Origin: Caecitellus pseudoparvulus
Lineage: Eukaryota; Protista; Bigyra: Bicosoecida
Assembly (NCBI GenBank): GCA_965644315.1
Contig: CBFFRQ010000048.1
Coordinates: 62,001 to 126,000, forward strand
Length of the DNA: 64,000 bases
Direction of reading: 5' to 3'
Shown: in pieces, positions 23,548 to 34,086 of the stretch
Position numbering within the stretch: position 1 is the first letter of the stretch
How the letters are laid out: each line of letters starts with the position of its first letter
The notes under the pieces: generated by a model
What the model was told of the DNA's origin: nothing
The model's database searches: none
What the model saw: only the letters and a program-made list of their open reading frames with translations
Program-made: the position numbers and the translations under genes

Positions 23548-25567
23548 TCAAGCCTCTGCTGCTGCGCCACCCCCTGCGCCGGCCTGGCTCGCCTCCCCAA
23601 CCAGCTCAGGCAGGCTTGGCAAGTTGAGGGGGCCTTGCACCATGGCCTTGCGGCCGCCGGCCGACGGCTGAAACAAGTGCTTGCGAAAGGGCAGGAGGAT
23701 GGGCGTGCCCGGCGCGATGCCAGCCGTTTCCCCTGAAAACGTCGCCGTGAACTTGCCTGACTTGCCAAAGGCACCTGTCACGCGACCGTCTATCGCCGGC
23801 TGGCCCGCACCGTCTGCCGCCGCGTCGCCGCCTGCTGTGGCAGTGTGCGCCTCCAGCGCCATGCCTGTGAACATGGAGATGTCCGTGTCCTTCGAGAAGA
23901 GGCCCTTGCCCACCACATCCAGCCCCAGACCGGTGGAGCCCTTCACGCGCTCCACCACGCCACTGCGGCCACGCTGCCTGTACAGCCGCACAGGGGCCGC
24001 TGCAAAGCCGCCGCCCTGCGCCGCATCGAAGGAAAAGGACGCCACGGCATGCCCATACCACGCCAGGCGGCAGGTCTTGCCGCCAATGTCGGCGTCCAGG
24101 CGTGAGCCGATCAGACGAGTCCCAGCCGGCAGCAGGATGGGCGTGTCCAGGCCGATGAGAGCCCACTGCCACGCAGCGCCATCCGAGCCAGGCGCTTTGG
24201 GCCCAGGCAGCCGTCCCACGAGGCCGTCTTGCCAGGCATACTCCGTGCCGGGGGGGCAGTGGCGCACTTGCCGGGCATTTGCCTCAGTCACCCCCGCCGC
24301 AGCCAGCTCCCGCGCCCCGGCGAAGATGACCTTGCCCACGACAGTGGTGTGCCCTGCTGACACGTGGCACTTGCTTTCAGAGGGCATGTCGCCCTTGAAG
24401 AAGCGCACCTTGCGCACCAGCGCCACGATGCCGGAAGCAGTGGGCACAGACCCCGGAGTGCAGGCTATGCCGCGCTCCAGAAGGGCGGGATCCAGGCCGG
24501 GCAGGTTCAGCCCCGCCCGGTCCCCTTGGCGTACACAGGACACCGCCCGGCGGAAGACCTGTGCAGACTTCACTTTGTACGAGGCAGCCAGGGCAGGCAG
24601 CTCCAGGGTGTCGCCCAGTTTCAGGGTGCCTGCAAGTGCAGTGCCCGTGGCCACAGCACCGTGTCCTTTCACCTGGAAGCAGTGGTCTACAGCGAACAGG
24701 AAGGGCGCCGTCAGCTGAGCACGCTGGGGAGGTGGCATGGTGTCCAGCATAGTCCGAGCCAGGGCGGACACGTCCCCTGCCTGGCCCCCGCCGCCCCCTG
24801 CGCCGCCCTTGCCGGCTCCGCCTGGAGCCGCCGCCACTGGCACCATGGCTGCGCCGGCAAAGCGCGTGCGAGCGAGGGCTTTGGAGATGCGCGCGCTGGC
24901 TGCTGCCAGGGCATCATCGTACTTTGGGTCCCCTGGACCGGAGCCAGGCAGCAAGTCAGCCTTGTTCAGGGCCACCACCAGGCGGTCTGTCGTCATTTCG
25001 CCCAGCACCAGGCACTGCGAGGCAGGGTCGGCGTCGCGTGAGGGCGCGCAGTCAGGGCGGGGTTGCGTGCTCCCACTTCACACACCTCTGCTGTCTGTGT
25101 CTGAATGCCTTTGGTGACATCCACAACGAGCAGCATCTGTGATGTGGAAGAGTGAACGGGAGCAGTGAGGAGGGCGAGTTTCACTGCGAAACGCCGAGTA
25201 CCCCACCATGTCGATGATCTGAGAGCCCCCGATGACTGTACGCATCAAGGATGCATGGCCAGGGCAGTCCACTAGAGTGCACTGCACTCTGTCGAATCCA
25301 GCAGCTGCGCAGCGCCGAAATGGTCTTTTGCCAGCCTTCCATTGACTCGCAGTGTGGTGCTCGCGCACCTGCCAGCTGCGCAGGCGCATCCGTTGTGAAG
25401 CTGGAGAAACCCAAGTCCACTGTCATACCCCTGCGCTTGCTTTCTGGGTGCTTGTCTAAAGCTGCTGTGCTGAGGCAGGTCGACAGGGCGGCCACAAGGC
25501 TCGTCTTGCCGGCATCGACATGACCCAACACGCCCACGTTCACATTGGCCACATTGCTGGCCGCCAT
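23548..25567 (-). CDS. EEFSEC: Selenocysteine-specific elongation factor
   Basis: Four exons. Motifs NVGVLGHVDAGKTS, STAALDKHPESKRRGMTVDLGFS, LVDCPGHASL, KGIQTQTAEC, LNKAD, VDHCF, CRLAWYG and C-terminal GAFGKSGKF are typical of eukaryotic SelB. Confidence 0.93.
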
Positions 25568-25777
25568 ATCGCACCAATCAGGCCACAGCGTGGCTGCTAG
25601 GTGGGGCCAGTGTGTGCAGTGTCGAGTCAGTTTCGTCCTCCACTTGTAGTTTGTCTGATTATTCTTATTGCGAGCGGCTTGCAGCCAAGACAAAACGTGA
25701 CACGATCTACCAGAAAATAGCGATGCAAGGGTCCTAAGCTCTGCCCCGAACAACATGCTCAGGGAAAAAGGCTGAAT

Positions 25778-27289
25778 TTACACCGGAACCCAAGCATTGG
25801 CTTTGATGCAACGCCCTGCAAGAGGCGCAAAGACTTTCTTCATGACCTCTGCAGCCTGCATCTGAGCTGGGCTCAACCCCCGCGTCAGCGCGTCTGGACA
25901 CCGCACATTGTACCCCGACCAAGTGCACCAGAGCAGCTCCCGGGCCATGTCGCGGAGGGGGGTACTGGGCCCATACCCCGCCTCAAGCCCCGCAGTAGCC
26001 ACAGGTGCCCACGGGCCGGCACATGCCGTAATCTCCCGCAAAGTGCCGCTTGGTATCAAGCTGCGGCCTTGATTGTGCATGTCCACGGCCGGTGTCAGCG
26101 ACGCCGCCACCGCGGCAGTCCACGCTGCCCGGCCCGGACTGCTCGCCAGAGCCTGGGCAGAGTGCTTGAAAGTCGCCACCATGGCCGCAGTTCCAGCTGC
26201 TGCCACACTGACTTGGCTGGCACCTGCCGGGGGAGGTGCGGTCTGAGCCGGGGCCAGGGCCCGACTCAGCCACGCACAGGCACGCTGCCGCAGCATTTGC
26301 ATGTCCCCGGCCATGCCGCCAAAGCGAGCACGAAGCAGGCAACCCCACGCGATGCCCAGGGCAGTGCTGCCAGCGTCCCCAGTAGGGCGGGTGTGCAGCG
26401 CCTGCAACAGGTCCAGCGGACTCAGTGCCGCCTCCACATCCTTGGCATCTGTGCCAGAATCAGCGGCTGCTGTGGCTGCAGCTGCAGTGGACGACGCGAC
26501 GCCAAGAGGCGGCACTGACAGGCGGGCCGAGATGGCCTCTGTCCCAGCTGGCGGGTTGGTTGGGGTGCAGCGGGTGAGGCGTGCCACACCGCCTCCATCG
26601 TCAAACGTCGGGCACGCAGCCACCTGCCCTACCACAGCTAGCAGCAGGTGCAGGAAGGCAGAAGGCAGGACATACCCCTGGGCCAGTGCTAGCATGGCCC
26701 ACGCCAGCACTGGCGAGGCAGCGTGTGCCGTGGAATCCTCTACTGCGATGACTTGCAGTCGCCGCACGAGCTGCGTGGGCCCATCTGGGTGCAGGTGGAA
26801 GAGCTGCGTGGCCGCTGCCAGGGCGTGGCGCACCTTCTTGCGCCGGACACACTTCTGCAGGATGCTCTTGAGCAGGCTGGGCGCGAGCTGGGGCTTGTAG
26901 CAGCCTTGTGGTGGGTCCGTGTGTGGTGGCACATTGGTCGTCAGGTGCAGTGCAATGCCTTCCACCTCCACCCCCTTCACGGGCTTCAACGAAGTCACGG
27001 TGGAGTTCCAAGACCCCTGTTCATGTGCACGAGGCTTGCCTTGCTGCAGCCGCCACGTCCACGCGTAGGACTGGCCTGCGCCCTCCTGCAGGTCCAGTGC
27101 AAACCACACAGGCAGCGGCTTCAAAGCTGCCCGGCGCATCATGGTGGCGAAGGCGTCTCGCCGCGGGGCCTTCACAACACTCGACAAGGGACCGTGTTCA
27201 GCTTGACTTGCACCACCAGGCACACTGACCGTGGGGGGCGCCGCGGCTGGCCGCTTCGTGCCTTTGCGGCCAGGAGCACTTGCCGCCAT
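25778..27289 (-). CDS. Uncharacterised protein with a RarA/MgsA C-terminal-like helical domain
   Basis: LLKSILQKCVRR...LVRRLQVIAVEDS resembles the SALQKSIR...RRL..IA.ED motif of RarA/MgsA. No Walker A motif is visible. Confidence 0.6.
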   Translation of the reverse strand: MAASAPGRKGTKRPAAAPPTVSVPGGASQAEHGPLSSVVKAPRRDAFATMMRRAALKPLPVWFALDLQEGAGQSYAWTWRLQQGKPRAHEQGSWNSTVTSLKPVKGVEVEGIALHLTTNVPPHTDPPQGCYKPQLAPSLLKSILQKCVRRKKVRHALAAATQLFHLHPDGPTQLVRRLQVIAVEDSTAHAASPVLAWAMLALAQGYVLPSAFLHLLLAVVGQVAACPTFDDGGGVARLTRCTPTNPPAGTEAISARLSVPPLGVASSTAAAATAAADSGTDAKDVEAALSPLDLLQALHTRPTGDAGSTALGIAWGCLLRARFGGMAGDMQMLRQRACAWLSRALAPAQTAPPPAGASQVSVAAAGTAAMVATFKHSAQALASSPGRAAWTAAVAASLTPAVDMHNQGRSLIPSGTLREITACAGPWAPVATAGLEAGYGPSTPLRDMARELLWCTWSGYNVRCPDALTRGLSPAQMQAAEVMKKVFAPLAGRCIKANAWVPV

Positions 27290-27468
27290 CGATGCTCGCC
27301 GGAGACTTGTGTGCGCCCACCGGCAACAGAAAGTGTAGAGGTGTTTGCACAACAAAACAAAAGTAAATCAACTGCTGAGTCAAGGTTAGGCCAAGATTTT
27401 TTGCCTCGCGCTGGCATTTTCCTGTGGACAGTGCCTGGGTGTGCCTCGTTTCGCCTGCGTTTCAACTC

Positions 27469-28047
27469 ATGGCCGATCCAGCCGTGCTGGCCGAGCGCTT
27501 CTTGGCCTACGGGCGACAGCGTATGCAGGAGATGGAACAACTACACGGAACGATTTCAGCGTCCCAAGCCCCGCTGTCGCTGCCCGTTGTGGCAGCAGCG
27601 GCTCGGCACTTTGCAAAGCCTGGCGGGGAGCACGTCCATATTGCAGGGGAACTGCCGTCCGGCCCTGGCCCAGTGCACGGCAGGAGAGGCAGGGGAGCGA
27701 CTTCCCCAGAGGCAGTGGACCCTTTTGCATTTCCCCGCCACATGCTGAGCCTGGGCTGCATCGACGCGGAGCAAGTGCCGTGGCAGGCTGGACAAGCCTT
27801 GCCTGGCCCAGCCACCGGCGGAGACTCCTTGCCCACCTTCCCTCACCAGGCAGCTGCAGCCGCCGCCTTGGCAGGGGACAGTGCCAGCGCAGTGGCCCAG
27901 CCCCCGCCCGAGCTGTGGCTGCCGTCTCACTTTGCCAGCCACCTGCTGTGCGACATCGCCCTCAGCCAGCACGTCGCACGGCCCAAGGCGCTGCTCAGGC
28001 CGCTTCACGTGGCGGAGGAGGCGGCCGGCCACGCACCAGGCCCCTGA
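27469..28047 (+). CDS. Hypothetical protein (192 aa)
   Basis: ORF with protein-like composition filling the gap between two minus-strand genes; no recognised motif. Confidence 0.5.
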   Translation: MADPAVLAERFLAYGRQRMQEMEQLHGTISASQAPLSLPVVAAAARHFAKPGGEHVHIAGELPSGPGPVHGRRGRGATSPEAVDPFAFPRHMLSLGCIDAEQVPWQAGQALPGPATGGDSLPTFPHQAAAAAALAGDSASAVAQPPPELWLPSHFASHLLCDIALSQHVARPKALLRPLHVAEEAAGHAPGP

Positions 28048-29228
28048 GCAGAGCTGGCCCACGCGTGCAGGGCGATGGCGCTGTCCAGCACTGTCCCAGC
28101 GTCGTGCAGTGCCTGCAGCCAAGTGAGGGGAATGCCGCCACCCCCCTCGTCGTCTGCGACCAGCTGGTCCACGGGGCGGCTGGACATGCCTGCGATGGCG
28201 TCGGCGGCATCAGGCTGCAGGCCGAAGGCAGCTCCTGCCAGACTGCCGTACACCGCCCCCGCGGTGTCTGCGTCATCCCCCAACCCCACCACGGCCAGAG
28301 CACCAGTAGTGAAGCTGTCAGCGTGGTGCAGAGCCCAGAGAGCGGCCTCGAGCGTGTGGCTGACGTTGCTGGTGGCGGCGATGTCCGGGGGGCTCCGGCG
28401 CTTGTAGGAGCCGCCAGCGATGGCGACGATGCGGGGATGGGGTGTCATGGGCCCACCCTCCGCTTCGCGCTCCGACGGATGGCGCCACGCCCCGCACCAC
28501 TCCTCCAGGAACTGCGGCAGGGCCACGTCGTCCAACACCGCACTGCGGGGCTGCCCCGCCACCAAGGCTGTGTTGATGTGCGCCAAGAGGCCTGCTGCCT
28601 GGAGGCAGGCTGCCGTGGAGTGAGTCGTCAGGCTGCACGCTGCAGCGTGTGTGGCCACGGCAACTGGCGTGAGCCCCAGCGGCGCCAGGGCGATGGCGAG
28701 CGGGGCAGCGCGCATGATGCCGCCGTTGCTGCCCTCTCCTACACTGCTCGGCGGCGGTGCCAGCCAGGGCGCCGCTTGCCACCCCTCCCGCGTCAAGGCA
28801 GCGCGAACCTGGCGCCCGACATCGATGGCCTTGCCGGGCACACTGGACCAGTGGCCCTCCTTCAACCAGCGGCGGAAGGCAGTCAGCTGTGCAACGGCAG
28901 CTTTGGGACAGGGATGGCCCTGGTCTGTGCCCAAGCCTGTCTCCGTGATGGCGTGGGCCAGGGCCAGGGCCATGCTGGTGTCGTCAGTGAAGTGCCCTGG
29001 GCCAGGCAGGCTCGGGTTGCCGGGCCAGTGGTGGAAGGCATCTGGGTCCAACAGGGCAGCCTCTGTGATGGGTGGGAAGGAGCCGGGGGCATGGCCTTCC
29101 ACTGCTGTGCCCAGCGCGTCCACCAGAGCGCTGCCGAGCATGCATGCGATGCTGCGTGAGAGGCTGATGCTGCACTGGTGTGCTGCCGTTGCGGCCAGTT
29201 TGGCGGCAGCTGCTTGCAATGCAGCCAT
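28005..29228 (-). CDS. ADP-ribosylglycohydrolase (ARH/DraG family)
   Basis: Motifs GSALVDALG, FTDDTSMALALA, GSNGGIMR, SLTTH, TLEAALWA and LGDDADTAGAVYGSLAGA; the Mg-binding aspartates are intact. Confidence 0.92.
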   Translation of the reverse strand: MAALQAAAAKLAATAAHQCSISLSRSIACMLGSALVDALGTAVEGHAPGSFPPITEAALLDPDAFHHWPGNPSLPGPGHFTDDTSMALALAHAITETGLGTDQGHPCPKAAVAQLTAFRRWLKEGHWSSVPGKAIDVGRQVRAALTREGWQAAPWLAPPPSSVGEGSNGGIMRAAPLAIALAPLGLTPVAVATHAAACSLTTHSTAACLQAAGLLAHINTALVAGQPRSAVLDDVALPQFLEEWCGAWRHPSEREAEGGPMTPHPRIVAIAGGSYKRRSPPDIAATSNVSHTLEAALWALHHADSFTTGALAVVGLGDDADTAGAVYGSLAGAAFGLQPDAADAIAGMSSRPVDQLVADDEGGGGIPLTWLQALHDAGTVLDSAIALHAWASSAQGPGAWPAASSAT

Positions 29229-29493
29229 GGCGTGCAGAGACGCGCAGTGTTTCACAACGGGCGCGACAGTCGTGTATCAGTGCAACTGTTCCGCAGAACT
29301 GCTCTGTGCCGGGCCGGGCCGCCGCTTGGCGTGGTGAGCATGCGGAAGTTGCCTTCCTCAGTACCACATCTCGAGAGCGCACTGTGCCCTCACCCGCAAA
29401 ATTTCCATGCTTGTCATGCCCCCATGTGAAAAGTACGAGCAAGTTCCCACACCCCTTTGTTGTCCACCCCCCCCCGTACGCCTCTGCTGCAGC

Positions 29494-30398
29494 ATGGCAG
29501 GCAAGGCAGTCATCGGCAAGCTGTTTGCCGACCTTGGCTCCCAGCCAGCGCGCGCTGTGTACTGGTTTTGCGTCGCCAACGAGCTGCCAGTGGAGCTGGT
29601 CTTGACTCGCATCGCCAAGGGCGAACACCTCACGCCCTCCTTCAAGGAGGTGAACCCACTGGGGAAGATCCCTGCGTATGCCGAGAGTGACGGCTTCGCC
29701 CTGTCCGAATCGTACGAAGCGCAGAGCTCCCACGCCACGCAAGACCTGCACAGCAACGGCCCTTTCGCCCGACTGCGCTGCGCAGGAGCGCCATCATGAA
29801 GTACCTTGCACTTACACAGCCGGTGCAGGGGCATTGGTACCCGTCTCACCCCAGGGTGCAGGCGCACGTGGACATGGTGCGTTTCGCGTGCACTGCACGT
29901 GGCCGGACTCGAGTGGAAGTGCCACCGCCCTCCATCGCGCAGAACGTCCAATGGCAGCTGGGAAACTTGCGACCCCTTGCGAGACCCTGGGTGTTTGCAC
30001 GGGTCATGCGTCCTCTGCTGGGCCTGCCAATGACTCCTGACGTGCAGCGCGGCATTGACAACGCAGCGCAGCAAGCCACGCCACTGCTGCAGCAGCTGGA
30101 GGACTGGCTCACCGGGGCTTCTAGCTGTCAGCTGGGCTTCCAGGGCGGCGCCGTGTCGGCAGGCTGCGACGGTTTCCACACGTTTCTGGCGGGGACGGGG
30201 CAGCCGACCATAGCGGACCTGGCCGCAGCGTGCGAAGTGACGCAGTATGAATTGATGCCGGACTTCCACGAGGCGTACCTGGCCAAGCTGCCCGCCCTCG
30301 GCGCTTGGCTGCGCCACATGAAGACGCTGCCAGGGTACGCCCAGTCCCACAAGCTGCACAGCACCATCCGGCGCAAGGCTGCAGAGCTGCGCGTGTGA
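29494..30398 (+). CDS. Glutathione S-transferase, theta class
   Basis: Three exons. Motifs SQPARAV (catalytic Ser), VNPLGKIP, LSES|SAIMKYL, HWYP and PTIADL. Confidence 0.9.
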
Positions 30399-30408
30399 GG
30401 CGTCCACG

Positions 30409-32088
30409 TCAACCGGAGCCCCCCTCACCGCCCTCGCCCTTGCCCAGGCCGTCCAGCTCGCTGAGGAAGCCTTCGATGTCCAGCAGGTCAGGGTCATCTT
30501 CCGTTTCGCCGTGCGCTGCGCCGCCCTCCTCCCCATCCACCAGGTCAATGTCCGCTCCCATGGCCTCCAGCGCGTCAATTTCCGCAAACAATGCAGCATC
30601 GTCGTCTGACGCGTCCCCGCTGGCCGGTTGCCCCGCGGCTGCCGCTGCAGCAGCAGTGGACGGCGTCGTTGGCGCCGGTTCAGGGGCCTCCTCGGTCCCC
30701 TCTGCAATTCCAAAGGCCGGCTCAGGCAGGGTTGGCGGTGGCACGCTGGTCTGTTCACCCGCACCTGCATCTCCTGCAGCAGACCCTTGCGCCTCCGCCG
30801 CTGCTGCGGCTCTTGCCTGGGCCCGGGCTTCTTCTGCAGCAGCCTCGCGCCGCTCCTTCCGAGTGGCGATCTCGCCCCAGTACGAGTCCAGTGCACTCAG
30901 CATGGCGTCGAACGGCCCCTCCACTGTGCCCGGCCCTTCAGGTGTCTCTGATGACATGGGCTCAAACTTGCACTCGACGTAGGCCCGGGTGGGGTACCTG
31001 GGGTCGCTGGCGGCCATGTCCAGCTGTGTCTTGGAGAACCGCAGCAAGCCGTCTGAGATGAAACCCGTGTGAAACGCAGCACGGAAAATGGTCACGCGCA
31101 CGCCCCCACCCGTCGACCCGCTCCCCAAGTGCCTGCAACGCAGGAGAATGTCCCCACACATCGGCACGCCAACGTCAAAGGTGACACTGGGCGAGGCAGA
31201 GGGCACCCAGGCCGGCTCCACGAGCTCCCCGCCACTGGCGCGCAGGGAAGAGTGCAGGAGCTCGCCGCCCTTGAACACCTGCAGGTAGGGGGCACAGCCC
31301 CCCCCCTCTGGGCCCTCCCCAAAGGCAGGCACGCCGTGCAGCGTGACGGAGCGCAGCACCATGCAGGCGCTGCGAGGCTTGATGCCTTGCAGGACGCTGG
31401 CGAAGTAGCCCATGTACCGGCGTTGGGAGGGGATGGAGAGGGTGTCCAGGGATCCACCACGGGCCTCGCAGGCTGCGTCCAGGGCCAGGAGGGGGCTGTC
31501 GGACTGCCCCATCCACGCCAGCAGCACGGCAGCCACGCTCAGGCTGCGGCCCCGCCCGTTCATGCAGTGCACCACAGCCACATTGGCGGGGTCGGCGGCC
31601 AGCCAGCCCTCCATGGTGGTGGCCAATTTGAAGAGGAGGCCCAGGGGGGGGGCGGGGTACCCTGGGAACTTGTACGTGAGGACCTGGTTGTGGAAGGCGT
31701 CTGCGTCGTACTCCTCCTCTGACAGGTTCCACACCATGAACTTGTCCCCGTGCCGGGAGGTGAGCATGCTGGCCACCACGCCGGCGTCGTTGGGCCTGAG
31801 GCGGGAGGGGGGTGAGGTGGCGTGGGGGGGGGGTGCGGCGCGACCACGTGTGTGCGCACCGGGCGGCAGCACGCACGACTTGATGCGGGTGGAGGAGGAG
31901 GCGGGGAAGTTCATGACCATCAGGCGTGGCGTGATGTAGGTGAGGTCCAGGCTGCCCCAGGCGGCTTCCTTGGCCGTCGTCTCCATACCCTCCCGCATCT
32001 GGTCCAGGCTGGGAATGCCCTCTGTCATAGCGCTGACCTTGCTTCCTAGCTGGGACACGGAGTCCCGCACGAAGGACATGAAGCTCAT
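30409..32088 (-). CDS. PTEN/tensin-type phosphatase plus C2 domain protein
   Basis: LDLTYITPRLMVM, VWNLSEEEY, P-loop VVHCMNGRGRS, PSQRRYMGYF; C2 motifs PYLQVF, GDILLRCRH and FRAAFHTGF. In-frame intron at 31796-31876. Confidence 0.88.
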   Translation of the reverse strand: MSFMSFVRDSVSQLGSKVSAMTEGIPSLDQMREGMETTAKEAAWGSLDLTYITPRLMVMNFPASSSTRIKSCVLPPGAHTRGRAAPPPHATSPPSRLRPNDAGVVASMLTSRHGDKFMVWNLSEEEYDADAFHNQVLTYKFPGYPAPPLGLLFKLATTMEGWLAADPANVAVVHCMNGRGRSLSVAAVLLAWMGQSDSPLLALDAACEARGGSLDTLSIPSQRRYMGYFASVLQGIKPRSACMVLRSVTLHGVPAFGEGPEGGGCAPYLQVFKGGELLHSSLRASGGELVEPAWVPSASPSVTFDVGVPMCGDILLRCRHLGSGSTGGGVRVTIFRAAFHTGFISDGLLRFSKTQLDMAASDPRYPTRAYVECKFEPMSSETPEGPGTVEGPFDAMLSALDSYWGEIATRKERREAAAEEARAQARAAAAAEAQGSAAGDAGAGEQTSVPPPTLPEPAFGIAEGTEEAPEPAPTTPSTAAAAAAAGQPASGDASDDDAALFAEIDALEAMGADIDLVDGEEGGAAHGETEDDPDLLDIEGFLSELDGLGKGEGGEGGSG

Positions 32089-32487
32089 GGCTGCGCTGGG
32101 TGGCAATGCGTGAAACGCGGGGGAAACACCACCCGCCGCAGCGTACCGCGTCGTCGACGCAGCTGCCCACCAGGCCAGCCCTGGAGGGAGGTAGCCAGTG
32201 GACGGCAGTGTGGGAAGAAAATGGGCATGTCACTCTAGCGCGTGGGCTATGTTGTGGCATGGGAATTTGACACTTGGCGGGCTTCCTCTCCTTTGATGCG
32301 ACAGCGCGGCGCAATGCCCGGCACGCCCTGCGAGCCGTCCAAAGCACGCGCAGCTCCACAACGAAAACATCCACTGCACCAAGCTTTCGGGCCATTCCCG
32401 AATCGGCAATGCCGAGCATCCTCACCCCCTCTGTCCACTCCGGTGAGCAGGCCTGCTTGCCTGCACGTTTCAGCCGGCCTGCTCACC

Positions 32488-34086
32488 ATGCAGGAAGTGG
32501 CTCCGCCCACCCCCGCTCCGGCCAGCGTGGACGATGAAGGCAAAGTGCTCCTGCTCTCTGGCCTGGCACTGGCCACATTGTGGTCTGCTGGCTCTTTGAC
32601 AGGGCGCTGGGCGCGGACGCCTGCTCCAGTGCCTCTCTCTGTCGCTGAGCGCGTGGGCCGGCTGGTGGCCGGGCTGACCGGCCTCCTCAGCATCGCGGCC
32701 GTGGCCCATTTCGGCCGACTGTGCAGTCAAGGGCCGGTTCTCAGTGGATGGTTGCTGCTTGCTTGCATTTCCTGCCTCGTGGCAGGCTTGGCAGCGCTCA
32801 CACTGTCTGCTGTGCGGCATGGAGTGTGGGTCAGTTCCTGCTGCGCTGCGTTGCTCCTCGGTGGCGCCTTGTCAGCCCTGGCACACAAAGCGCGGGTGAA
32901 TGCGTTCAGCGGCCCTTCTGTCCATGGGCGAGAGGTGTTTGACTGGGTGGATGTGCCTGAGTGGGCCAGTTTTGAGAACGCGCTATGCTTTGCGGCCCTG
33001 GCCTGCTTTACCTGGGCCGCTTCTGGCGTGGTGGGTGCTAACGCTGGGTTGGGCCGCGCCTTGGGCAGCGCAGAGGTGGCTCTTTGCGTGGAAGACCTGC
33101 GTGTCAGCAGCAGCAGCAGTCGAGGAGATGAAGCTACGCAAGGTGCTGAGGCACATCAGCACGACATCATTCCCGCCGGCTTGTCGGCACTGGATTTGTC
33201 CTCCGTGTACGACGCACTGGGGCGGGCGCAGGACTACGAACGCCTGTACACAGACGCAGCCGTTGCATGTGCGCTGAGCGCGCTGCCCGCAGCGCCCACG
33301 CAGCGCGTGGTGGAGGTGGGCTGCGGCACAGGCCGACAGGGCCTGAAGTTGCTCAGCGCAGGGCAAGCAGTGCGGTACCTCGGCCTGGACGTCTCCAGCA
33401 CCATGGTGGCGCTGACGAAGGAGACACTGGTGGGTGGCGGGTGGAAGGACTGGCGCCGCAGTGCGGATCCCGGGGCTGGGCAGCCGGAAGCGCAGCTGCT
33501 GGCCTGGCTGGCTGGCTGTGATGCGCCAGCCGGGGCGGCACAGCAGCTTGCAGACGCCCTGGCTGGGCCGCTGGACGGCAGAGTGCAGGAAGAGGAGGAG
33601 GAGGGGGGCGCGAGCGGGCAGGCAGCAGGCTCCTTCTCTGTCCTGCAGGTTCAGGGCGACTGCACCCTGCCGTGGCTTGGCCCGCACACTGCCGATGTCA
33701 TGGTGGCTTGCTACGTGCTGGATGCACTGAGCACGACCCAAGGTCGCGCACTTGTGCGCGCGGCACACCGGGCCCTCTCCCCGCGTGCTGACGCTGAGGC
33801 TGGCGGGTGCCTGGTGCTGGTCAGCCTGACGTTTGGTCGCACGGCACTGGCGGCGGGGGTGACCCGGGCATGGGGCTCTGTGTATGCGAGCAACCCAGCC
33901 CTCATGGGTGGCTGCAGGCCCCTTTCCCTGGCGGGGCTCGTGCAGACAGCTGAGTTGGAGGATGGTTGCTGGCGTGTGTTGAAGCATGACTTTGTCACGC
34001 AGCTGGCGCTGACTTCTGAAGTGTTGGTTGTGCAGGCAGTTCGAGCCCCACAGAGCGCCAACGAGGACCTGCAAGATGAGGACTGA
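32488..34086 (+). CDS. Multi-TM protein fused to a class I SAM-dependent methyltransferase
   Basis: About 5 hydrophobic segments, then motif I VVEVGCGTG, YLGLDVS, VACYVLDAL and GGCRPL. The start codon choice is uncertain. Confidence 0.75.
   Translation: MQEVAPPTPAPASVDDEGKVLLLSGLALATLWSAGSLTGRWARTPAPVPLSVAERVGRLVAGLTGLLSIAAVAHFGRLCSQGPVLSGWLLLACISCLVAGLAALTLSAVRHGVWVSSCCAALLLGGALSALAHKARVNAFSGPSVHGREVFDWVDVPEWASFENALCFAALACFTWAASGVVGANAGLGRALGSAEVALCVEDLRVSSSSSRGDEATQGAEAHQHDIIPAGLSALDLSSVYDALGRAQDYERLYTDAAVACALSALPAAPTQRVVEVGCGTGRQGLKLLSAGQAVRYLGLDVSSTMVALTKETLVGGGWKDWRRSADPGAGQPEAQLLAWLAGCDAPAGAAQQLADALAGPLDGRVQEEEEEGGASGQAAGSFSVLQVQGDCTLPWLGPHTADVMVACYVLDALSTTQGRALVRAAHRALSPRADAEAGGCLVLVSLTFGRTALAAGVTRAWGSVYASNPALMGGCRPLSLAGLVQTAELEDGCWRVLKHDFVTQLALTSEVLVVQAVRAPQSANEDLQDED

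Noticed and set aside
8518-34086. Bacterial contamination or a horizontally transferred island (His kinase, FtsX, ARH, methyltransferase)
   Set aside because: These genes are interleaved with intron-containing core eukaryotic genes, share their composition and show no operon structure.
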